NCBI GenBank assembly: GCA_024137785.1
Contig: JAHRHZ010000098.1
Location: 16,591,563-16,655,562 of the forward strand
From: Ginglymostoma cirratum
Lineage: Eukaryota
DNA length: 64,000 nucleotides
Direction: 5' to 3'
A program made the translations under genes and the position numbers. The notes beneath the pieces are model-generated. The model saw only the letters and a program-made list of their open reading frames with translations. It did not search any database and was not told the DNA's origin. This document shows, one piece after another, positions 24,747-36,614 of the stretch (its first letter is position 1; every line of letters begins with the position of its first letter).

Positions 24747-25399
24747 CTGGGTCAAATGAGAGCAGGCAGGTGATAAAGATGAGCATTTTACTTTCAGGTT
24801 TATGAGCTTGCCTATGGTAGTTCCATCTTTTATTTCTGAGACCGGCAATCCCTCCTGCAGGCCTGACTTTACCTGCAAGGTATTCTTGGTGAGGCAGGTT
24901 TCTCATTTTTAATCTGTATTTCATACCCCGTCTTTGAATTGATGACACCAAAAGTACTGTTCGGTGGTTACAATGATTTCAAGGAGGAGGGTTTTGTAAG
25001 CACTCATGTATCTGCAAATAACGGTTCAAAACGTTTGCAAAAATTCACTTTTTTTCCCCTCCATCTCCTGTGTTCTGTGGGCTGAGGGACAATGCCCAGT
25101 TTTTGGTCAGTACCGATTTGCAGCCTTCAGAAGAAAGAGTAATGAGGCCCTGCAAGTAAACCTCAGAGTTATGTCAGACTTGATATACTGTACCAGAGTG
25201 TGGAAAACAGGGAAAAGAGACAAAAGAAAATAGAAAGTCTGGTGAGGGTCTGAAGGCAGGATAAAATAAATGATGAAAGGGACAAATGGGAGGGAGAAAA
25301 ATATGAAACTGGTTGAGGAAAGAAACAAAAGCTGGACCCAGAGGAAGTGTATCGCAGAATCATCACCAACAGCTGGCTTTCTCGGGGGAGAGGAAGAAT

Positions 25400-25550
25400 T
25401 GTGACAGGCAGTCAGTGTCACTGTTAGGAGAAGGTGAGGTGAGGGCCCTGTGAGAGGCAGTCAGTGTCACTGTGAGGAGGAGGTAAGGTGAGGTGAGGGC
25501 CCTGTGACAGGCAGTCAGTGTCACTGAGAGGAGAAGGTGAGGGGAGGTGA
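25400..25550. repeat. Minisatellite, 3 units of about 49-54 bp
   Basis: Units tgtgacaggcagtcagtgtcactg..aggagaaggtgaggtgagggccc start at 25400, 25449 and 25503. Confidence 0.9.
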
Positions 25551-26608
25551 AAGTAATAGTTCCTTTGTGGAGGCCAACTGCAGCCATGGCAACAGCCACC
25601 GGCAAGGCCCTGGTATTGTTGGTGCTCCAACAGCTCAGGGGCGGGATAGATTATGGCAGTGGGAATGAAGCTGTGAGGAAGGGGTGTGTGCAGAGGCACT
25701 GATCCATTAATTATTAGTGAGGGGCACAGACAGGGGCTTTTTGGCCCTTAGACGTGACTCCAGGCTGGTTTGTTGCCTCCCAGGTCCTAGGGGTGAAGGA
25801 TGTCACAGAAGAACTGCAGAGTATTCTGAAGGAGGAGGGTGAAAAGCTAGAGATCTTGGTCTATGCTGGGACTTGATGCTGCTTGATAAGCAGGACTACA
25901 AAGGTAGTAATCACTGGATTATTCCTGGAGTCACACAGTAGGGTGAAGAATAGATGGATAGAGCAGATGGATGTGCGACTGGAGAGATTGAACAGGAGGG
26001 AGGGCTTTAGATTCCCGAGGCTTTAGGGATATTTTTGGGGGAGGTGGGAGCCGTCCAAGTCGGATGGTTAGATCTGATCAGGAATGGGACCAACTTCTTG
26101 GTGGGGGGAGGTTTGCTAGTGCATTTGGAGTGGATTGACAGGGATATGGGATCCTGCCAAGCAGTTCAAGGAGAGGGAAGCTGAGAAGTTAAGGAAGAAT
26201 CTGGAAGGCAGAGGAAACATCTCCAAGATAAGAATGATGTGAATTTAACAAGATTAAATGAAATATATTTTAATGTAAGAAGCCTAAGGAATATGACAGA
26301 TGAGCTGAGGGCAGAGATAAGAACATGGGAGTATTATATCATAGGTATGGTTGAGTCTTGGTTGAAAGATGGGCTTACTTGTTCAAGAAAAGCTGTGTCC
26401 GACAAATTTGGTCAAATTTTCTGAGGGAGTAGCCAGGCGTATTGATGAGGGTAAAACATTTAATATGGTCTACATGGACTTTAACAAGGCTTTTGTTTAG
26501 GTCCCATGGCAGACTGGTCAAGAAAGCGAGAGTCCATGGAATCCAAGACAGAGTGACATGTTGGATCTAAAATTGATTGAGAGGTAGGAAGCAGAAGATG
26601 ATGGTAGA

Positions 26609-27000
26609 GAATGAATGAATGAATTAATTAACTTTATTGTCACATATACTCATTGAGTATCAGTGAAAAGGTTATACATTGCCACTTACAGCGTCATCTT
26701 GGGTACAAAGGTACTTAGGTACAGCTTCTTTAGTGACAAATCTTAAAAAATGGAAAAGTAAAATGTCCACGTTGCAGAAATAAAAGTTCAGAACAATGGT
26801 CTTCCAACCCAGACCACACTGGCCCCTAGTCTCCAGTCTACACCAGGTCCTGTCTCCAGACCATGCCAGACTTCAGCTTGAGGATGACGAGGCTGGGAGA
26901 TGGCTTCAGGATGCTATGCAAAGCTGAGGACGCCATGCTAGGAGGACGCCATGCTAGGAGGTCGCCATGGGAGGCTGGGAGTCATCAGAAGCCGGGAAAC
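26609..27000 (-). mobile_element. Non-autonomous element with GTGACAATAAA + (ATTC)n tail inserted in the CR1 RT
   Basis: Minus-strand tail ...cttttcactgatactcaatgagtatatgtgacaataaagttaattaattcattcattcat, homologous to 1557-1680. Contains a 16-bp x3 repeat at 26926-26973. Confidence 0.65.
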
Positions 27001-27002
27001 TA

Positions 27003-27205
27003 TGCTGGAAATCTGGAATAAAAAGAGGGAAACTTGGAGAAAGGAATCCTGGCAGCATCCTAGGAGGGAGAGAAAGAGTCACGTTGGTCTCGTAAAGTTA
27101 ACTCTGTTTTTTCCTCTGATTCTTCTAGACTTACTGCTGTTCTTCAGGTATTTATTGTTTTCCAGAAACTGAAAACGTCTCACAGCATCTCTGGATAGAG
27201 AAACT
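27003..27205. mobile_element. Old, decayed fold-back PLE pLTR-type element
   Basis: tgctggaaatctggaataaaa...ctggcagcatc...gagagaaagagt / gttaactctgttttt. Confidence 0.5.
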
Positions 27206-28013
27206 GGGGAGAGAGGGATGTTTCTATGACTGGAAGCTTGTTTCCATTGTGGTTTCACAGGACTTGTTGATGGGGCTATTGCATTTTTTGGTTTACGTTA
27301 ATGATTTGGACTTCAATGTAAGATCAAAAAGTTTGCTGATGATATAAAATCGCTGGAGTTTCAACTAGTGAAATGATAGCCCATAAAATGCAGGAGAGAT
27401 CAATGAATTGGTCAGCCGAGCAAAGCGCTGTCAAATGGAATTCACCTGGGCAAAGTACGACACAATGCATTTGGGGAGGGATACTAAAGCAAGGGATTAT
27501 TCTTTGAATGAAACGTTCTAGAAAAGTACTAAGGATCAAGGTAAAAATATTTGTAGCGATCATTATGCACATGATTGTATTCTACTCACTGCAGACATCA
27601 AATCACCAGGAATGATTGTTATATGCTGTCCGATACTCCCTTCTCAGCTCAGTGGTAGACCCCTGTTTTCAATGGCCACTCTGTGAAAGTTTGGCATGGT
27701 TTCCTCTCTAGCTCTCAGCTATGAGGCTGCTGGAGGACAACCTTCAGTTCTCTTTCTCTCCCTCATGTTCTTTGTTCTCCAGCAAGGAGGGAAACAAGAG
27801 ACCCAGGGGTGAAAGTAATGAAATGCGCTGAACAAATCGGTGGATAACATTTGTTGAGGTTGACTATGAGTGAGAGGAGAGACAATGCATAATACGAAAG
27901 AGTGTACTTTGAGTGATGGATGGATCGACAGATGGGGATGTGAAGAAGTATACAGATCGAGACATTTGGGTTTGTCTTTAGTTTAAGGTGACATGATGTG
28001 TGATGTGCTGCAA

Positions 28014-28357
28014 TCATAGAATCCCTACAGTGTAGGAGCAGGCCATGCAGCCCATTGAGTTCATACTGATCATCCAAAGACCATCCCACCCAGACCAAGC
28101 TCCCTACTGTATATCCCTGCATTTCCTGTGGCTAATCCACTTCACTTGTACATCCATGAACATGATGGGCAATTTAACGTGGCAAATCCACCTAACCTGC
28201 ACATCTTTGGACTGTGGGAGGAAACTGGAGCATCCCCACAGAGACAACCATGGAGAATGTGCAAACTCCACATGTACAGTTGCCTGAGGCTAAAATTGAC
28301 CCTGGGTCCCTGGTGTTGTGAGGCAGCAGTGCTAATCACTGAGACACTGTGCCACGC
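28014..28357 (-). mobile_element. HE1-type V-SINE, near full length
   Basis: tcatagaatccctacagtgt...acctaacctgcacatctttggactgtgggaggaaac...gcagcagtgctaatcactgagacac. Possible TSD tgtgctg (28004-28010 / 28358-28364). Confidence 0.9.
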
Positions 28358-30586
28358 TGTGCTGGAGTAGGTTTGGGGAAAAATAGAATGAGGGAATTAG
28401 AGTGATTCAAACCTTTGGATGTAGGTGAATGTGCTCCAGGATTCAGCCTCCGGCCCTGTTTATACTATGCAACTACTGTTCCAACTGAATCCACAAACTT
28501 TGTACCACAACACTTCCTGTTGGTCTTGTCCATTACTTCCAGTTTTGCTTCTCCGGCAGGATTCTTTCTTGTGTTAGTGAGGACAGTTCTCCCTCCAGTG
28601 CCTTCTATCTCCCAGTTGGAGAGGCACCATAAATGAAAACAGGGCACAGCCTTCAAATGTGTGTGTGAGCTCTGTTCTGTTATTTCATTGTGTCTAACTC
28701 CAAATTCTAGACTTCATCATGTTTCACAATTGTGATGTCGCCTTAAAGACTGGAGTTGAAGTTGACTCACGCTGCCCTTTGTTGTCCGCTTAGGATAATT
28801 GGTCTGGGAATCCAGAAATGGTAATGTCATGACTGAGTTAAAAAACCACTGACTGATGTGCTGCTCTTACTCCTAGGTCCCCCATGCGGTGCCACACCTG
28901 CTCCCCTGCGTACTAGGAACTTATAGTCCAGCCAATGATTATATACACTCTGAGCATTTAGTCAAAGCACAGACTGACAGAAGGACAATTAACAAAAATA
29001 AAACTCTTTGAATATCTGCTCTCATCGCAACAACTAAAACCCCTGCATATTGCTTGATTATTATTCCACTGTGAACCACTGCATCAAAATACATCCTGTG
29101 ACAATTCCGTTCCATTCAACAATGTTTATCTTTTACACATTCAGGGGGAACAGGTTTAGGAAATGGTTAGCACAAATAAACAGCCTCTCATGGTAAGAGT
29201 AAGAGACCTGTGAATGTAGCAGCATACCAAGTACACAGCATTAATTCTGATCCAAGGAAATGGTATAGTTGAAATTCTAGAAAGGCCGTTTTACTATCTT
29301 AAGAGAACAAGCACCATGAAAATAATTGTAACCCTTAATATCCACAGAGAATGGGTTTACTTTGGTGAAAAGTACACATTCAGAACAACAATTTCTCCTG
29401 ATTTACACAACCTTAAATGGCTTTGTGCTTTGCTAGACTTCATATCATAAATTATTCTAACCCAATAGTATCTGAGGGACTCCCAATTCTCTTTCTGGTT
29501 AGGCTTAGAATGAATTTTCAATCAGTAAAACCATTAGTATAAAGTGGAGAAACATCAGAGCATCTTCCCCCGGTGGGAGATTGCATTCTGTACTAGCTGA
29601 CAGTACTGATTTTAAGCAAAATCAGAGAAATGCCATAAAAATTACAGTAATTTGAATGTTATATTTTTAAAATGAAAACTAACGCTCTTTGAGAAGGAGA
29701 AGCACCTCCAGAGCTGGAAGTGATTCTCTGCAGTTGGAGCTTTTGCATTCTTCTCTGCAACCTATTCAAAAGTTACAAGGTTACAAATGTTACTGGAAAA
29801 TCTACATACAGAAAGTGTTTTGCAACATTTGCTTCACTGAAAGGCAACTGTTATTTAGACTATTTTCTTCCGAGTGTAATTGAATCTAATCCTGGTGTCT
29901 GTTTCTTTAGTACAGTACATTGATTCTTTATTGAAATTTTGTGCTTGCATGATCTTGATGCAAAGATGATTCTAGCAAGGTCACTTTCAATCGGATTTTG
30001 AAGAAATAGAAACCATTACACAGTGGACTGCCTTGACAATATAAGCTTCCTAAAACTAGCCGGTAATACTGAGGTAACAGTTACTTGAATTTACACACTG
30101 TAACTGCTTTCGACATGATTAATGAACTCGAACGAATATATTTGTAAAAAGCCCATTCAGAGATCAAGTAAATATAAATGGCTAAAATTCAAAAGATACA
30201 CATCTCACTAACCATGTAGGAAGATTTAATTTGCACAGCCGGTCATACATATGTGCACTGTAGCACGTTAATCTGTTCCATCAGAATTGATAACTGTTGA
30301 ATGCCACCGATTTTAATAAGAGGATTAAATTAAATCTTTGTGAACAAACGTGTTTTTACCCCACTGCTCAATAAGTAAATGATTCTTAGAGGGAATAGTT
30401 AAAGTGAGTTGATAGTTGGTGCAAATTTGTCTAGAAGCCCATGTCTTCAATGGACGTGCAGATGGTTGTGGTAAGTGTCGAATTAAATCAATGCCAGTAT
30501 CTGTCCATTGTTAGTATAATGCACGTGTAACCTTTTTATAAGGAAACCAATAACAATTTGCATTTGCATAGCAACCTTGATTTAGT

Positions 30587-30720
30587 TTTATTCTCTTGTG
30601 GGACATTGGTATTGCTGGCTGGCCAGCATTTATTACCCACCCCCCAGGTGTCCTTGAGTATGCGGTTTCTGCTTGAACCACTGCCATCCATGTGCTGTAG
30701 GTAGACCCAAATGCCCTTAA
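30587..30720 (-). mobile_element. 3' tail fragment of the LINE family seen at 40526-41808
   Basis: tttattctcttgtggga...gctggctggccagcatttatt.ccca is the reverse complement of 41745-41800. Confidence 0.7.
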
Positions 30721-31781
30721 TTGCTGGCAGAAAATACATCCAAGTGCTTCACTAACTGAAGCCAAGCAATAATAGATTTTGACCCAAAACCTGGATGACA
30801 AACTGGTTTTTGAGGAAGTTGTTACAGACTGGAAGCAAAGTTGAAGAGTGTGAACTCTCTGCTATCAAGGTTTTGTTTTTGCAGGAGGCCAGAGTCGGAT
30901 ATTAAGAGTGTTGGCCATGGTATTTGTCTGGAGGAGTTTGAAGAAGCAAGAATGACTAAGGCAATGAAAAGATTTGTAAATGAAACAAAAGCCTAAAAAA
31001 ATGTTAGCCAGCATATCAGCAGTAATTTCTGTACATGTGGCATAATCAGCTCAAGTTATATTCTTTCATTATAATGCCATATGAAGTTTAAAGCTTTGAC
31101 CAAGCTTTTGGTCACTTGTCCTTGCATGGTTCAGTATCAAATGATGTTTGACGAAGCTCCTTGCAGCACCTAATGATGCTTTACTCCATGAAAGGCAGTA
31201 ACATTACAAACACAAGTTGTTCACTCTTGAATGAAGTTTGACCATTTCAAATTATTAGAAAATACAAATACTTTAAACAGTTTAACAATGGCATTTTAAT
31301 TGCAGTATTGATTGAGATAATTTATTTATTGTGGTGCAGAAATGGTACTGAAGTATCAGGAGTGAAGCCTTAGCTTCAGAGTGTTGCTATCAGTCCCTTA
31401 GCCATAAGGTGTTGCACATATTTCCGCCAATGAATGTCTCACACATACTTATCCTTAATTGCAAAATAGTAGTAGATAAATCAACAGCCTAGTAATACTG
31501 CCCATTTTCAATAATCATTTTTGCCAAAATTTTGTTTTGGACCACTATGTAGAATTGTTTTAAACACATTGATTATTCCACGGGTGCAGAGGTGGCAATA
31601 GGGGCCAATTTTATAATGAGCCAATTTTATTTTATTATTCTGGCTGGTGTTCAAGTTTTGCCTTCTGTGCTCTTGAACCCTCTGTTGGCTTCAGACTAAA
31701 CATTTATTAAATGCTTCATACTTCCTGTTTATTTTTATTATAAGTGGTCCATTATCTTTAACTGAACAGGAAAAGAGCAAT

Positions 31782-32328
31782 ACAAAAACGAATTGCTGGA
31801 AGAGCTCAGCAGGTCTGGCAGCATCTGTGGAGAGAAACTACAGTTAACGTTTCAGGTCCAGTGCCCCTTCTTCAGAACTGATGGTAGCTAGGAATATGGC
31901 TTTTTATGCGGAAGATAGGGTGGGGGAAGGGGGTAAGATGCAAATGATAAATGTAGGTGGAGCCTAAAGAGTAAGAACAGTTGGACAGACAAAGGAGTGG
32001 ATAATGATCAACCTGGGAAAATGAATAGCTACTCTTAGGGACTGTTAATAGCTAGCAATGAGTTGTGTGTAATAACAGAACTTGTGATATCAGGACCTGG
32101 TGTGGGGTTGGCGTAAGGATGTGGGAGAAGGTGCCTCAAGACCTAAAACGATTGAGCGTGATATTGAGTCCAGAAGGCCGTAGAGTTCCCAAGCAGAAAA
32201 TGAGGTGCTGTTCTCCTAGAAACATTAACTCTGATTTCTCTCCACAGATGCTGCCAGACCTGCTGAGCTTCTCAAGCAACTTCTATTTTTGTTCCAGATT
32301 TACAGTGTCCACAGTTCTTTCAGTTTTA
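31782..32328 (-). mobile_element. 5'-truncated Penelope-like element: GIY-YIG C-terminus, pLTR and inverted pLTR (family B)
   Basis: Minus strand 32213-32160 encodes EQHLIFCLGTLRPSGLNI, the PLE endonuclease end motif E...I..L.TL.P.GLN. It is followed by UTR/pLTR down to 31782, and 32220-32328 is an inverted copy of the pLTR end. Confidence 0.9.
31841..31880 (-). ncRNA. Minimal type I hammerhead ribozyme in a PLE pLTR
   Basis: CAGUU-CUGAAGA-A-GGGGC(ACUG)GACCU-GAAA-C-GUU-AACUG. Perfect 5-bp stem I, intact core, one mismatch in stem II, palindromic AACGUU stem III. Confidence 0.7.
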
Positions 32329-34351
32329 TCACGTGTATTCCATCTCCCTGTAATTAATGTTTTTTTCTATAAGTAATACTTCTAAATATTTATTTCTTTA
32401 CATGATCAATGTCTTCTCACAGGGACAATATCACTCATTTTTGATGAAAATATAGACATAAATTGTTTTGATTTATTTAAGATTTGTTTAGATTCTGAAT
32501 TTCCTTACCAGAAATATTATAGTTTATCTGGAGTATAAAACTTAACTATTGTTCTGAAGCTTAAAGAAGCATTTATTACTGAATAGAAACCTGTCTATGT
32601 ACAGTGTAATGAAGCATGGTTTTGAGTCGCTGGATAATTGTTGAAGTTCTCACAGTCTATTTTCTCAGTATCATCTTACATCAAATTAACAACATACTGA
32701 ACAGCATTTCCCATGTTGTGTGAAGCTGGATAAAGCAGCTGCTGATGCGGGCACCAAGTGAAAATATTTGAATATGTGATAATGCAATAATGCACAATGC
32801 AATCCTGAATCCTGCAGTGTAACTCTGAACAATCCAATATTTCATCTCAACAACTATTGATCAACATAGAAGACCCATGATTCCCTTTAGCAAAATAAAT
32901 AGGAGAGACTTTATTAACCGTGCAGAAACACAATTTCATTTACTTTACAGCAGCAAAATTCACTTTCACATCGCAATTGTGTAGGTCTCACAGTTAAGGT
33001 TAATGCAGAAAAAGAACATGAAACAATAATTGTCCTAGCCTTTGTTTACCAGTAATGCATTCAATCACCATTTGAGCTTTATATTTAATGTGTTAGATGT
33101 TTATGCTGCATTAAACTGTCTGCAAATGCACTTAACACCATCCTGAACTCTGTTTTCTATCCAGCTTGCTCTCTTTAACATGTTAAGTGAGGTCCAGTTT
33201 AGGTCCATTGTAAAAATTAATGTAAGCATTTTCAGCATAGTGCAACACAACGAAATGTAGATATTAATATTTGATAACTAATTTGAGCAGCCATGGATGG
33301 TTCTATGGACTGAGCAATAATAGAAAATTTTGTGCTAATCATTTCATCTCCATTCTTCTTTGGATTGTTTCCATCTGTGCAGAGATGGGGACAGTGGGGA
33401 AAAAGTGAAAATCAACTTAGAGGGACTAACTTTTTGCAACATCTGCCTTTTTTTTGGAATGTATCTAATTGAAATACTGTAACAGTCATGTGAGTAAAAT
33501 GAATTTAACTTTTCTGTCATGCTTCAACCCTCAGACTTTCTTAGCATAACTTCCGAAGCGCCATTGGGGAAATTGCCAGTGCAAAAGCTGTCACACAAAA
33601 ACGCAGAACTATTCCCTATATTTCAGTTTGTGATCTTGCTTCAGAAGATCAAAAAATGTCAGTGATCATAAAATGGCAGTTTTCATTAAAGTACGCAATT
33701 GCATATCCTCAGTCTTTCCAGCACATGATAATCAATCAATTACTTTTAATAGGCAGTGGCATGATAAAGTGATTCAGGGAATAAATAAGATGATTGTTGA
33801 AATAGCCTGTTTGTTTGGGTGGTATTGGTTGTTTGGGAATGTTGACCACAATATTAGGAGAGCTTGCTGCTCTGTGTTACATTTGTTTTTGGTAATTTGC
33901 ATGAGATAATTTCCCTTGGGATCAGTATGACTGTATGTGGACCTTGTCTTCTCCACTTATTCAGTATTGGTTTGGAGGTTGAGTTCTGAATGTCATTAGA
34001 ATCAGTTCAATGGCCTAAAACCTTCAACGATGCACTTGTTTTAAAAAAAAGTCTTCTGAAGCAAGTAATGACGTGGGTAACTTTTAAAAAAAAGCCGAGG
34101 AGCAGCTAATCCAAGTGACACCAGATAGTGCTGGTCTCTGATATGTGCAGCCAACTTGATAAGTAGATGACAACAAAGCTTCAGATATCAGCCACAATAT
34201 ATTCCTTTTTCCAAGAGTTGCACATCTGTCACAGAATATGACAAATGTGGAAGTAATATTTTAAAAGCAATGTTCATTTTGCTACCTAGTAGTCATTGTT
34301 TGGGGAATTAAACATTATAGAATATTAATTCTACAAGGAATTGTATAGATA

Positions 34352-34785
34352 CAAGATGGCAGTGGAGTAGGCAGCTCCCGGGATCCTGTGCCCCAGCTTG
34401 TCCACTTTTTCCTTCTTCCCTTTCTTTTTTCTCAAACTTACCTGAAGGGAACGTGGTTTCGATGGGCTCCGGAGCAATGTCTTCAGTGGCAGCGTGGCTA
34501 CAGAGTCAGTCAGTCGGTCTGTGAAGCCTGGAGCAGGACTCTTGCTTCCGTGTGGAGTAGGCCTCTGGCAGCGGCATGGAGTGGGGTGGGAAGCCTGGTG
34601 CAGGACTGTAACAGCAGAGAAGGAATACTTGGACTCTCTTTAAGTTATCTTTCTGTAAAATTTTATTCTAAGTTAATGTGAGTCGCGCCTATGTACGATG
34701 GCTCACACCTTGCACTGTATTTTATATTGAATACACGTGACGATAAAATGAGTCAAATTAATTCAATTCAATTCAATTCAATTTT
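34352..34785 (+). mobile_element. Apparently complete non-autonomous non-LTR element (about 430 bp) with CAAGATGGC head and GTGACGATAAA + (AATTC)n tail
   Basis: Starts caagatggcagtggagtagg and ends ttgcactgtatttta..ttgaatacacgtgacgataaaa...aattcaattcaattcaattcaatt. No tRNA boxes and no credible ORF. Confidence 0.65.
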
Positions 34786-34794
34786 ACTACTCCA

Positions 34795-35045
34795 ACTCCC
34801 AAACTTTTAAGAAGAGAGTTGAGGCAAAGTTTTTTTCACATAGAGGGAGGTTGGAGTCTGGAACTGACTGCCTGAAAGGTTGGTTGCATTGGAAAATGTT
34901 GTAACATTTCAGCAGATATTCACTTGCTTTGCCATAGCCTCGAAGACTGTAGGCCAACAGCTGGAAAATGGGATTAATGGAGACAGATCTTTGTTGCATG
35001 GCATGGACAAAATGGGCCAAATGGTCTCTTTCTGTGCTGTAAATG
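34795..35045 (+). mobile_element. CR1 3' end fragment
   Basis: gttttttcacatagaggg.ggttggagtctggaactgactgcctgaaagg ... atgggccaaatggtctctttctgtgctgtaa. Confidence 0.75.
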
Positions 35046-36489
35046 TCTGAGTCTTCAGCTAATGAGTCAGAGGCTCTCATGTTCCATGTTAGAAGATAAT
35101 TAGCATTTGAGTGTACCAGTAATCCTTTTTGAAGCTGCACTTCACTTACAGTCTGAGGGCAGCAATAATATTACGGATCTTTTGAGGTTTAAACATCATT
35201 TTTGCATTATTATTATTAAATGCAAAGAAGGTTTCAAATAACTGCCCAACACCAAAGGAAGGTACTTTCTGTCTCCATCATTTTTTTAGTTATGTCTTGT
35301 AACAGTATTGCTATCTGGTCTAAAGTGTACATCACAATTGATCTTAATATCTCTCGGGCATCTCTTCGCAAGACAATCTGGATCTTCTGGTCTTTTCTGG
35401 AAAACCTTACTCGACAGTACATTATATGCTGATTAAGTGTGAGAATAAAATCTGGCTCACTTGTGATTTCTGTCGTGATAGAACAACATACTGACAGAAG
35501 TTGACTGGATCCACACATGGGAAACAAATTACCATATTGGGATGTAGACCCTTATTCAAATATATTCCTTTACAATGCATTTAGATTGTGTTTACATTTG
35601 TTTACTTTTATACACACATTTAATTTCAAATGAAGACATGCCTGTCTTTGAGTTGACAGTATTGAGGCTAAAACACGTGTGTTCCTATTAGATGACTTGT
35701 CTGCCTTGCCATTGCATTGTAATTCAAGAGGATTCTCCAGGCCTTGGACTCCTGTAGGAAAAATATTATTGTTCTGTTCTCTGGTGTGAGTTTTTGTTGT
35801 TAAATCAGAAGATAAGTGCCTACCTAGCCAATTCTACATGAGGCCAAGAGGAGCATCCCATCTACTACTACACTTAGTAACCGATTCCGAATTTGTAAAA
35901 CAAAACATTGATTAACCACTTTTTTCTTACTGTAACGTTTTTTATGATCCTGTAAGGGACTGTAAATGCTTAAAAAAGACATCCAAACATCCAGCAATCA
36001 GAATTTAACCATGAGATTTCTCATTCTGGATTTTGCCTCATTCTCATTCCACATGATGAACGATGAAGGTATTATTTTCGCTGCTTGATGTACAGTCCTA
36101 ACCGACTCTCATCTCCTATTACATACATAATCTGGTAACGTGCCCTACACCAAAACAAAACTATAGTTGTCCCGTCTGTTCCCAAAACGGAACTATACAT
36201 CAACATAAGTAAAGGTATTGACTACCCAGGCCACCTCTATGATGATGTGGAATGCACTGGGATTTAACAAACAGAAATTCAAGCAACTTATTTATCTTCA
36301 GTGCCACTCTTTGATTCCATAACCCAAATGAATAATTTGTATTTCTCAAAGAGAGCATGCAACACGAGAGCCTTTAACTCATGAGCTGATGAGTCAGATA
36401 TTTGCAGTATCCGGAGAGACCATTTGGCCCATTGCACAGAGGAACTTTTTTTTTCTACAAAGCTGCTTTCAGTTTCCTTTCATTTGGAA

Positions 36490-36614
36490 TGATGTGGAGG
36501 TGCCAGTGTTAGGCTTGGGTGAACAAAGTCAGAACTCTCACGTCACCAGGTTATAGTCCAACAGTTTATCACAAGCTTTCAGAGTGTAGCCCCTTCAACA
36601 GGTGAAGTCTTTCA
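36490..36614 (-). mobile_element. PLE pLTR-type short element, family C, 13-bp TSD
   Basis: caccaggttatagtccaacag..tt...cacaagctttc...ccttcaacaggtga. TSD ctttcatttggaa at 36477-36489 and 36615-36627. Minus-strand hammerhead-like core with A6->U. Confidence 0.75.

Larger units (their letters stand above)
25690..27540 (+). mobile_element. Decayed CR1 LINE with ORF1 SGNH-esterase, APE start and RT, internally deleted and interrupted
   Basis: VRGTDRGF...RDSRLVCCLPG and VKDVTEELQSILKEEGEK (ORF1 esterase). LNEIYFNVRSLRNMTDELRAEIRTWEYYIIGMVESWLKDG (APE). VYMDFNKAF, then after the insertion at 26609-27205, VNDLD and KFADDIKS (RT). Confidence 0.85.

Noticed and set aside
25400-25550. Regularly spaced repeats resembling a CRISPR array
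   Set aside because: The units are head-to-tail with no unique spacers, the context is eukaryotic and there are no cas genes. It is a minisatellite.
35234-35527. 97-aa minus-strand ORF with a helical-looking peptide
   Set aside because: No recognisable family and only a weak donor site.
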